A DNA stretch of 63,987 bases, filler included, from Bigelowiella natans CCMP2755 (Eukaryota; Protista; Cercozoa): the NCBI GenBank assembly GCA_000320545.1. It is 8 parts of 8 records of this genome, joined end to end, with 100 filler letters (N's around TTAATTAATTAA, not from the genome) between each part and the next. Parts side by side here need not be neighbours in the genome. Positions count along the whole stretch, not along the records: positions 40,782 to 54,474 come from ADNK01000502.1; positions 54,575 to 58,889 come from ADNK01003583.1; positions 58,990 to 60,630 come from ADNK01003698.1; positions 60,731 to 63,987 come from ADNK01000044.1; 4 more parts are not named here. One strand, given 5' to 3'. Below the pieces are notes generated by a model. The model did no database searches. It saw only the letters and a program-made list of their open reading frames with translations, and had not been told where the DNA came from. Position numbers and translations under genes: made by a program. Shown here piece after piece: positions 49,867-61,575 of this stretch; the first letter of the stretch is position 1; each line of letters opens with the position of its first letter.

Positions 49867-51982
49867 TGGCACCGAAAGCTGCGTCTTACATTCGAGCTCT
49901 CGCCGCGGCGCTTATAGTCGTGGGGGTTGACGCTGAGGGGGCCAAGAACCGCTCTAGTTCCTACTGTGCTCGGGACAGAAGCTAACTACGCAACGGGCAG
50001 CAACAGAAAAGAAGTGATTGTGTCCTGGATTCCGGATAAGTCGACCAGTGATACAGGAGATGGCACCTTGAGCGGCATGGGGTATATTCCAGAGAATGTG
50101 GAAAGAATTGATGAGTAAATTGCTTAAGTCCTCTTCCTCTCTAACTTTCCGTTGTGCATCTGTCTTTATGACTTCGTACAGAACAGATACTCTGGAGCGA
50201 GAGTATATCCAAGCTGCCGAGCCGGGCAAGGTAGCATTTACTAAATATTCAAAAGAAATGATGTTACGATTCGGGAGATCCTAATGAATAAACGGGTTTT
50301 TGGTTACTCACAACGAGAGCATCCATGTGCTTTTGCCACAAGATATGCTTTGGCTCGGGATGACTTGCAAAAAGAGATTACCTTTTGTTTCAAATCTGCA
50401 CTAGAATATGATAAATATTGAAGCATGAAACGCAGAGCACCAAATCCTTTGTCTTATTTCAAAAGATGGTAAAGATATCGAAGGCCGAGAAGAAAGCAGG
50501 AGGCAACGATATCATGAAGAATAAGGTTGAGACCATGAATATAATTCCAACGAGAACATTGAGGCAAAAGGAGGTAGGGGGGAATATGTATAGATCGATA
50601 ATATGAGGATACGCCTTGTCGCGTTTCTGACCCCCCCCCCCCCCCCCCTCTCTCTTTCACTCTCTTCTCCAGGACGATGATTCCGCCTTTAAGTGGGAAC
50701 CGTATGGCTGGACGAAGAAACACGATAAGGTTTTCCTTCGATTACATCATTCCTCAGTTAGAAAAAGCATTTTCACAATATAGTTGCTGTATATTTCATG
50801 ACACTATTTAGGAGCTTAAGAAAGCTTTTAAGGCCAAGAAGAAGGATCTTAGGTTGGTCATCTATATGAATCTCTTCTCGGAGAATCTGCTCTTTGGCAG
50901 GAGCAATGGCGGTGGTGATGATGATGATGACGGGAATGCAACTTCGCCTTTTCTTTTCGTATTTTCTATGCTCGGTGGTTTTGAGTTGCCTCTCACTTCA
51001 CTTCTTGCTGATGTTAGTTATCTTGTAATCATCAGCGCACGGATAGAATCAATGAACATCACAACAGATCGTGGTTTGACGAAGCTTGCTCTTGAGTTGT
51101 TCCTCAATTTCACAGGAAGCAAGATCATTCCCTAGTACGATTAGTCGTAAGGAGAGTAGAATATTCGAAGAAGAACAAGTTTTGGGATTTACTTACTGCA
51201 ATGCTCTTAAATCTAATATCATAAACTAATTTCACTGACCATGCTGCCAATGCATTTCTATGAAGAGTAATTTCTCTTCGTCGTCCTCTCCAACAACTGT
51301 TTTCTTCTTCTTCCTTCTTTATCGTTTATAGCCGAAAACCGGATGATACCGGAGGAAACGATGGTTTGGAGAAGTTCGCTTTCACAAGTAGTTGCTCTGT
51401 GACAAGTGAGGGAAAGGGAGGATAGTATGAATGATTTCAAGTACAAGTTAATGATGCATGTTCGCACATCAAGAATGGCCTGATCATGACGAAGCTATCT
51501 TTCATATTTCTTCTTGTTTTTATAATTTTTTCTTCCCTCCTGTTGTCCAACCCTTAAAGAGAAGGATATGCGAGTGTTTCCGATGGACAGCATCACTGGT
51601 AGATCTAGATCGCAATCTTTGCATCAACACCAACAGCAGCAGCAGCAAAAACAGCAGCAGCAACAACAACACAATTAGTGAATTATCTACAGGATGGAAA
51701 TCCCATCCTCATCTCTCCCATACACATGAAAGCTTCATAAGGACAACCATCAATCATGTGCGCAGCAGCAATATAAATGATGTTGTGGTGATTGTTCCTA
51801 GGGGTGCATGATTTCTTAGGGGCGACATCGACCCCCCTTATTAAGATCTTGTGATGATCCCCCCTGTACATAATGATAGATATATATATAGAGATGAAAG
51901 AGAACGTGACCACGGCCACCCACATTCCCGGGAACGAGCACACACGCGCGCACGCGCGCGCGCCCCCCGTACATAGTAATAT

Positions 51983-52055
<73 letters not shown>

Positions 52056-53084
52056 TATATTTATATATCACTCATAGGGTGGTCGCAAGATCATGTATTC
52101 TTGCCTGATCTCTCCAATCGTTGTCCGTTGTCCCATTCTTCGACTACATCATCTTTATATATATCACCATCATTATCATTATCATCATCTTCACCATCTT
52201 AAATACAGAAAGCGAATAATTATGATTACTGATCGGATGAATGATTGACTGTCAGTGACCTTGATCTATTGGACCGTGAGTACATTGAGAGCCTGGAGTT
52301 TGGAAGGAGGTGACTACCCATAGGAGGAGGAGGAGGAGAAGAAGAAGAAGAAAAAGAACTCGATCGAATACCTCGCATTCTTTTTCTCTTCCTTCTTTTA
52401 TATGTGTGTCAGAATGTGTATTTTAGGGAGAGAGAGAGTGTGTGTATTCGGTTATACGAGAAGTCATGCGATCTCCTCCTTAGTCGTTGCTTAATCATAT
52501 CGTACTTCTATGAGCAGGTATGCGGGCGATAAAGAAGAGATGCAGGCACTGATAGAGAATCGTTACATCCACAAAACGTCCGACGAGGAGCGACAGAAAA
52601 AAATTGAAGCAAAGCGTCTTAAAAGGAAACAAAGGGGTGGGTATAAAATACACTGATAATAATGAAGATGGTGATAATTATTATGATTATGGTGATGAGT
52701 TGTATGTGTGGGGGGGAGGGGGGCGATTTATTGTGTATTAACTTTTGTTGTTGTTCTTTCAATCGTTTGCCTACATAGAGGAAGATCCGTTTGAGGGAAT
52801 GGATCCCAACGAGTATATCAAAAAGTAAGAAGACATATCATGCAGTAGATTCATGTTGTGAAGGGCAGAGAGAACAACTAGCTATATATTACAACAACTA
52901 CCATCCATTGCACATGGACTCCACATGCATGCACGTACACACAAGCAAGAGACGTCGTGGAACTTTGCACGTAAAGGTTCGGTCCCTATGGTAAGCTGGA
53001 AGTGGATGATAAAGGCCGTTTGCATGGACAGGTAGTAGTTGTAGTAGTAGTAGTTGTTGTTGTTGTTGTAGTAGTATGGGTAAG

Positions 53085-53122
<38 letters not shown>

Positions 53123-53325
53123 TCTCCCTATTTATCTATTCATCTATCTTCTTCTCACTCTTTCCCCTTCTAATGATCTCTTCTTTCAAAGATATGGCCC
53201 GAAACAGCTTCAGACGAATCGGACCCTGCGAGGTTACTGCTTTAGTCTGCAAATCACACACACGCACACAACACACACACACACACACACATATTCACAT
53301 GCGTAATCATAAGTGTGTTGTTAGC

Positions 53326-53360
<35 letters not shown>

Positions 53361-53470
53361 AGTGTTTGCCAGTAAACGTGTGTGTAAGCGAGGGAGCGAT
53401 TATTAACATTAATGTTGTCCTATTGGCAGATATTTGGAGAATGGAATACTCAACCCAATATGGGCTATAA
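49867..53470 (+). CDS. Hypothetical multi-exon protein(s) with an N-terminal hydrophobic leader
   Basis: MAPKAASYIRALAAALIVVGLTLRGP.. first exon. Later AG/GT-bounded segments include two similar ones (TLEREYIQAAEPGK, LLDREYIESLEFGR). May be more than one gene. Confidence 0.35.
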
Positions 53471-53522
53471 AGAAGTAAGAAAGAAGTCGTAGAAATGACG
53501 ATATGTCTCTATTCATGCTGCT

Positions 53523-53553
<31 letters not shown>

Positions 53554-54697
53554 ATATGACATAGACGAGCATCAACACTGACGAAATGGTTTCTCGTCAT
53601 CATCACCAATATTCCTTTTATCTAACTGCCGGTGTTTGAGTGTCTTCCTTCTCCTTTGTACTGAATTGGTAATGTACTGATGGTAATCACCCGATTCTAT
53701 TCTAATCTGCTCAGCTGGCGAACACCAAAGTGGATTAAAAAAGTAAGAATAAGAAAGAGAATAGTACCAGTACATATGGCCATCTAATTTCGTCGGTGCA
53801 CTCCTTGAGTTGATGCGCGCTCTCTCTCTCTCCCCCCCCCCCCCCCAATTCCCACGCAAGTGTCTTTCTAATCGATATTTGTAGCTGTTTGTAATGTCTA
53901 TCATTCTTGATCTGCCTTATTCGTTTGGTGATTTTCTCCCCCCCCCCCCCCCTCTAGGCTGTAGGCAAGCCTTCGGATACGACAGACAGCTACACAGTAC
54001 GGAACACTAAGATTGAAGGTTTTCATAGAGTACGTGATATTTGTGACTAATACTAGCGGTCTCTTCTGTGTATGTATAAAGGACGTGATTCGTGACCGAC
54101 TTGAGAGGCGAGAAATGCGAAGAAACAAGAGGAAGGGTAAGTAGCAGCAGCAGCAGTAGTAGTAGTGGTGGTAGTTGATATACAGAGACAATGGATGGGG
54201 GGGGTATTGTGTGTGTGTGTGTGTGTGTGTGTGAGCGTCTGTGTTTGCGCGTGTACTTCCCAGACATAACTGTTAAATAGAGACAAACGTGTCGCACACA
54301 GAGGTGTGTCAACACAAGTGCGCCTAATAGAAGGATGGCGAACACGCACTTCTGTCTTGGTGACGCGAGATATGCCCTTCACGCGATATCTGGCCGTATA
54401 GCCAGGGCGTGAATGCTGACATGAGTGCTTGTGTTGACACTAATAGCGCACCCCCACATGCACTCCCTAAATAANNNNNNNNNNNNNNNNNNNNNNNNNN
54501 NNNNNNNNNNNNNNNNNNTTAATTAATTAANNNNNNNNNNNNNNNNNNNNNNNNNNNNNNNNNNNNNNNNNNNNCTTCCTTCGCAGAGCCACATAGTTAG
54601 TTCATTTGACAAGGATGCTGGTAGAGAGCGGCCTTTGCTCCCTCGACGAGGTGATTGCTGAATGATGACAAACACTCACGCATATACACACACACAC

Positions 54698-54734
<37 letters not shown>

Positions 54735-54842
54735 CATCCGAGAGAGAGAGAGAATCATCATAATCAGTATTTGCCATGTTTACTCACAACTCTTGTTTAA
54801 CATCCCTCCCCCCCCCGCTGTGGCATATACCAAAATACGAAC

Positions 54843-54884
<42 letters not shown>

Positions 54885-56405
54885 AGTACATATAGCATTT
54901 TTTAATCATAATTTTCCCTTTATTCCAGACTGTGCAGAAGCGTGGCGAGTCAGGCGTGGTTAGCCCTGCGTGTGCTTTCGGAGGGAAGTTGCTAGAGCGA
55001 CTGCAGCACCAAGGTACGAAAGACTTTGTCAATATTTTGTTAGTGTGTGTGTGTGTGTGTGTGCGCGCGCGCGCGTGTGTGTTTGTGTTTGTGTGCTATT
55101 GAACTATCGCCTGTCGCTCTGTCGCTATTAACGCTGGCTTTAAATGATTTTGTGATCATAGACAAGCATTCTTATACATCCTGTAAATTGATATCAAAAT
55201 AGGACGGGGAATTTTCTACAGCGTGTCTTCTCTATAAGAGCATCACGCATGCAAAAAGTCACTCACAATCAACGATCATGCATAGCGGAATTACTATGAT
55301 GATCATGGCATTTGCCAAGCTCTAGACCTCCTGTTGCGACTCGCAGCTGCATGCATATCACAGTGCGCGAGAGAAAATGTGCATGCATCTTGCTCGGAAC
55401 TAGGGAATCCACGACGCAAATTGCTGTGCATGCATGTACGTGTAGTACGACAACACGTTGGAAAGCAGAGCACTATGGATGCATAGATGCATCAAATGAA
55501 ATGTAGCAAGGGCGCGATGCAAATCAATCGACGCAACAACTGATCACAACACTCTGTCTGCATAGTGACACACATTGCAGCGTGCACAGCCAGACAATGA
55601 GACATCACCATTGGGATGAATGAAGCTCGAGCAGGATCGGTGTTAAACACGTGGTGCTCGAGATGCTGAGCGAGAACAAAAACGCAGGCTGTTTTGCAGG
55701 ATTCATTTGCTAAACTCCCAGATTGCAACATGCATTCTTCACCCGCCCAAAATTCCAATTTTCATTAAACAGGTTGTATTTGAGGGTTTCCCACCTATTC
55801 TGCCATACATTTAGAAATTTATCTGCTTGCACACTGGAAATTTTATGTCTTAGTTACGGTATTCGTTCAGGACCAAGTCGGCATTTCCACATCGATCGGG
55901 AAGGAGAAAGACGAGGATTAAGACCCTTTTTGCGGTAGAAAGACAGTTGATTTTAATGACGTAGAATAAAAACGGCCTAAATTTGGCACAGTTTTAGTTC
56001 CTCGAGGATAACATTTACGACTATGCATTTGGGTTCCGCTGTGCCTATATTGTGATCGAATGTTTTTGAAAATAGAACCCTTTTTAACAGTAAATATGTT
56101 CTTAGTCGATATTTATTGTAAAATCGCATCAGAATATGATTTGGGATGAGCATCCAAACTCGAAGATATGTCTTAAAATATCCGTGCATTGCGTTCGACC
56201 ACTCACAAAAATCGTACTCACAAAAATCATCCCCTTCCTCCTCCCTCCTCCAAGCATTACTCACCATGGCTTTCGTAGGTATGAAAATTATTTTAACGCA
56301 TATTTTGAATGATAAAGTTGTGTGAGGAGGAGGGCATTGGTATGCTATGTGGGGGGAACCCAGCCTCAGCAAAAATGCGCTTCAACGAGATGACAATGTG
56401 ACACA

Positions 56406-57083
56406 ATGATAATGTTTTTAGATGAGCGTCCTGAAACCGGATTCTCCGGGTTTTCTGTCCGGATGTACGAGTACTATTTGAGAGAAACTCTCGTACGAGA
56501 CTATCTCCTTTCGGATGAAAGAGTTCTCAAGGAATGCGAGCACGCCCTCGCCACTGTCGCAGCCGATATCACCAACGAGGACTGGCTGGTGGGTTCTCTT
56601 TCAGTTTCAAACGATTCATTACGCTGCGCACTAGCCAACTACACTGAATACCGTGAATGGTGTCACTTACAGTCGAGAAGGCGAATGTTGCTGATGCGCG
56701 CGTGTGTGTGGTTCATCACAGGTCGAAAACGATGTGGCCATGATGTGCTCTGCGTACTACGCTTTCAGCAAGATCGGTGCCGCGAAGAAATTTAGTTATC
56801 GAATCGACCCACAAATTGTGCGCTGGCAGTTACAAGGTTGGAAGATGAGCTTGAAACCTCGATCTGTAGAAAGAAATCAGCTGACAAGAAGGAGCGGGAG
56901 GCAGACGGGGAAGAAGAAGTAACCTCTTCGTCTTCGGAGGAGGATGTGGAGAGGCTCGATGCTTCAGTAGAGACTGAAGTTCGCAGCGAGGTGGACGATC
57001 TAAATGAAGACGATGATGTTCGTCTACCTTCCCGTGTTTCAACTGTGTCCTCTAGCCTTCAGACTACAACGGCGACTGCATGA
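56406..57083 (+). CDS. Hypothetical protein, 3' exons with an acidic tail
   Basis: Open, microsatellite-free segments (..RMYEYYLRETLVRDYLLSDERVLKECEHAL..; ..EDELETSICRKKSADKKERE..*). No family recognised. Confidence 0.4.
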
Positions 57084-57988
57084 TGCTCTCAAGATCGAAG
57101 CAAATGGTTTCCTCCCGAGCCGTGCCAGATGCACATCTCTGCTTCGGTTCCCATTTCCTTCCACCCTTGTTACCATCCATCTTTAGCTTCAACTAGCATG
57201 CACGCAAAGTACTAGAGACAAAGAAAAACGCGTGAATTAATCCCGCATTCCCATAAAGGAACCCGCCCTCTTGAAAAGAAGACATTTTTTCACTATTATC
57301 TGGCATTGTCCCTAGTTCCTACCGCTATAGTCGTTTTCATCATTTACCCAGATGAATAAAAAATCCGAATTCATGTAAATAATGGGCCTCCAGCTCCTTT
57401 CATCCTGCCGCTACTCACCCTCTAGCAAAGGACTGTTTTGCTTTCATTCTATTTTTCGTATTTTTTTGCAAAGAAGATCGCAAATCTCGAGGAGCAAGGA
57501 GAGTCACAAGCAGTTTGTGTATCCTCAAAATTGATGTTCTTGATTGAGCAAAAGTGGAGGATTACTTCAGCACACGCATATCTGCTCGATTGTACAGTGT
57601 CCTTCTTCATCGTCAAATTTGTTGTAAATAACGGTTTGTTTCTGAAAGAAATAATTTTATCATGTACATGATAAACAGAAGGATGCTAGCTAGCATGCAT
57701 GCAAAACACACCCACCGGTCCTCACAAGCACAGCAAGACCGTACGCTGTGATTCTCGACCTAACGCGCATGGCTTGTGCGTTGCAAGATCGCGGCAGCTA
57801 ACTAGCTAACGCACGTCGAGACGTACGCACACTGCTGCCCAGCCAATAAGTCAAAATGGGACCAATGGCGGATCAGAGGATGGCTCGTTGACTGCGCGGC
57901 GCGCACTGCATGCTAGACTGCAAGCAATGCTAGCATGATGGCAAGCGTTTCTGCAAGCTAGCAACAGAAACAGACCGTACCGCATGCA

Positions 57989-58327
57989 CACCCCGATTCA
58001 ACTGGGTCGATCACTCCGTGCATGCACGATCTGTGATGCGGTCATCATGCTGTGTCCAGGACCGCTAAGTGCTCCGTCGTTGCGCAGCATGCACGTGCAC
58101 AAAAAGCACCTCAAACTTAGCACAGACTCACAGACTGCATGCGTCTATAGAAAACCATGAAAAATTGCTTTGGTAGAGGATTCTGCGTGCGAGTGAGGTC
58201 GCCTTGTTTTTGTGACTGCGGGCAGTTTAGCCATACCGAAGAGAGGACTTGGGTCCTGCTAGCTAGCTAGCCTGTACGCTGCATGATGACCGCATCGTGC
58301 ACGGAGTGACCCAGCTGAATCGGGGTG
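57989..58327. mobile_element. MITE-like element with ~47-bp degenerate terminal inverted repeats
   Basis: Left end CACCCCGATTCAACTGGGTC[GATC]ACTCCGTGCA[TGCA]CGAT[CTGTGAT]GCGGTCATCATGC versus the reverse complement of the right end CACCCCGATTCAGCTGGGTCACTCCGTGCACGATGCGGTCATCATGC. Confidence 0.7.
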
Positions 58328-58525
58328 TTCGGCACGGGCTGCTCCTCTTGCAGAATTGCTTGCCATCATGCTGGCATGGCCACAATCGCTAGAATCGGCC
58401 TTCGATCAGAGTTAAGATGCACACAACGCGCACAACCCAGCCCCGCACAACAACCTCTAGATCTTTACCAAATAAATATGCTTTCATGTACAAATGCTGC
58501 ATGCTGCAACTGGGACAATCCCAAG

Positions 58526-58680
58526 CTACTCGGCATCTCCGCTAGCTCTATCCTCAGCGGGCGTCGAATCTATTCCAAGTAACGCACCGAGAAACACCAA
58601 TACCATCTTCGGTCTTAGCTTTACCAAGTCCTCCGGCAATACAAACACGCTCACACCGATTTTCCTTGCGACCTGGATAG
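58526..58680 (-). CDS. Fimbrin/plastin-like calponin-homology protein, terminal exon (upstream exons possibly in 59000-60400, beyond a gap)
   Basis: IQVARKIGVSVFVLPEDLVKLRPKMVLVFLGALL matches the fimbrin CH4 end (ISxARKIGAxIFxLPEDIVEVxPKMILTF). Confidence 0.65.
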
Positions 58681-59301
58681 AACCGGAATAAAAACAGGAG
58701 GGAGGAGGGGGTGTGGAGAGGGAGGGGGGGGGGGGGGGGAGGAAGCTATTGGCCTCACGATCATACACTAACACAGACAATGCAAATCCTACATGCCCAA
58801 ACAGCTTATTCTAAGAATAATTACAGCACCACAACTGACTGATAAAGCTGCTGCTGCTGCTGCCACTCCACCCCCCTCTCGCCCTCCCCNNNNNNNNNNN
58901 NNNNNNNNNNNNNNNNNNNNNNNNNNNNNNNNNTTAATTAATTAANNNNNNNNNNNNNNNNNNNNNNNNNNNNNNNNNNNNNNNNNNNNTCTCCTGTCCT
59001 GTCCTTTCCCCCTGCACAGGAGCGTCTAGAGTCAACAGAACAGTGGCAGGAAGCAATTAGACTTCTATCCACGAACACACCCGTAGAGATGCTACCACTT
59101 CTCCCAATGTAGCACGAAGAAGAGAGGGGGGGGTGGGGGGGGTGTGGAGAGGAGAAAGGCGGGGTAGAAGAAGAAAAAGAAAAGAGAAGCTCAAAAAATA
59201 TGTAGAGAGAACATAGCCCTCTTCCTCCGACCTGGATTGATGTCTTGACAGCGTCTGTATTGTCCATTATCTGTAGTAATCAGCACCTTATTTTGAAGGA
59301 G

Positions 59302-59333
<32 letters not shown>

Positions 59334-60825
59334 GCCTTCTTTATGGTCATCATCATCAGGGTGGATATCCGTTCTCCCTTCACGTACAAGATGCTCCGAG
59401 TGCTGTGCAAGCTCTGCACAAGCAACCTCAGGGCCAAGGCGGTGAATCATTCGAGGCTGACGTAATGCTGATAGCGCCAGCACAGCGCAGCAAACACCAC
59501 CACGCATGCAAAGAGGGCGAGGGGGAGAGAGCGGGGGGGATTTTCCATCAGGATGATTTTGAGCCCGAGCTGAGAAGTACCGCCTTTCCTGATATCCAAA
59601 TCGTTGGCCATGTGCAACTTGGCTCCTGAGATATTGCCCATCCCGTCCGTCCCCCCCCTCTCTCTTCTTCTTCCTTTTCTCCTCCCCCTTCTTCTTCCCC
59701 TCGACCAGGCCCAAGATCCTGATGCTTCTTGAGCTCACCGTGCGGCTAACCGATTCAAAACTGAAGGGCCTGATCGTGGTATGAGGATGATTTTGATGAT
59801 GATGATGATGAAACACAAGACCTATGAACGATGCGTTCATGAGTGCGTGTGTGAGAGAGGGAGAGGGGGGGGGAAGATGGAAGGGGCGGGAAGGGAGTTC
59901 GTAGTTAAGATATCTCACCTATACACACCTCTATATCTCGCTTTTCTAACCCTCCCCCCACCCCACCCTCTCCACCCTGTGAATGCACAGGCCCCGCCAC
60001 CCCCTCCACCTGCTAGAACGAGGAGGGAGCGAACAGAGAGCTCCAGCAACCAGGCTGCCAAAGTGCGGAATTTCCTCGTCGAGGAGGATGAGGACGAAGA
60101 TGATGATGATGATGAGGAGGAGGAGGAAGGAGAACACAATGAGGACGCGCGCGCACGTTTAATTTAATCCCGACAAAATCCATTACTGCCCAGCACGTGC
60201 CTACAACCGCATGCTTGTGGTATGTTAACATGCACAGGGCACTGTTGGTCGTCACCCGGAGTTGCGCTGGCGTATGGAAGAAGATATTGCCATGAGAGAA
60301 ATGCCAGAGGTTTCTCATTGTAATCATTACTTACTTCACACACTTTGCCCCTTACCAAAGCTCTTTTGCTTGTTGTACGTTCACACTGCTTAATTTCCCG
60401 CTATACGAGGACACCAATAGCTCCAGAAAGAGATTGTGGCTAATGCATCGCGAGAAGTTAGACCAGGGGGGGTCCTGGTGAGATTAGGCCATCTTTCCAA
60501 ATTAAAAGAGAAGATGATTATTATGATGTGAAAACCGCTCTGGAATTGTTATCTTCCAGTTTAGTTGTACGTCGCGAAAAAACACTTATTTGGGCTGAGA
60601 AAGCGCTTTATTGGTTATCAGGTCTATGCGNNNNNNNNNNNNNNNNNNNNNNNNNNNNNNNNNNNNNNNNNNNNTTAATTAATTAANNNNNNNNNNNNNN
60701 NNNNNNNNNNNNNNNNNNNNNNNNNNNNNNTGCGAGGTAGGATGTGCGCGCCTCTTACTCCCGATACAGGGGCGACTCTCTCATACGCATGTGTGCGCGC
60801 CATCTCGTATATAACCATGAGACAG

Positions 60826-61541
60826 CGTGCTCGAAGTGTGTGGCCCTTTGGATAGACGTGATATTTTAGTTGAGCGCCCCCGGGGACTCCAAGTTGCCCT
60901 CGTGGAGGCTTCTCCAGGTCGCTTCCTTGCTCTCATTAGTTCCCCCTGTCTGGGAGGGGGGTGGAGGGGGACCACGCCGATTCTCCATCAGCGGTGTATG
61001 TGGCCAATATTTTAATAGTAGCGTCATCTAGAGTTGGTGCTGCTGCGGGCGAAAGTTTCTTTTTCCTCATTTTACAGACGACTCATCTTCGTTACTGTTA
61101 TTACGGTGTGACCAGGGCAAGGTTTTCGCTTGGCTGGCAGTGTACCCCGGGTATGTGAGGGCTTGCGTCTGGTGGGGTAAGGGGGGGGGGGGGGGGGGGG
61201 GGAGAGCTCGAGAAGGACGTTTGGTTGTTTCTAATTGTCTCCATCGTCAGATTTGTGAGCAGGTGGGCGGTGAAGCTCGTGGAGATAACCAAAAACCTAC
61301 TGGGAACTATCAAGGCCGTGCACGGTGCGCTCCTACTCTTCATGAAACACACAGAGAGAGAGCACAACGAGTGTATCTATCTATCTATGTATGTGTGTGT
61401 GTGTGTGTGTTTAATGTCCTGTGACTTTGATGACCAGGATGGGAACCGAAGGCCATTGACACGGATGGCAAGTATCACGCCTCTGACTACGAGGAGCTCG
61501 AAAGAAAAGCATGTACGTCCGCATTGAGGATGATGATGATG

Positions 61542-61575
<34 letters not shown>

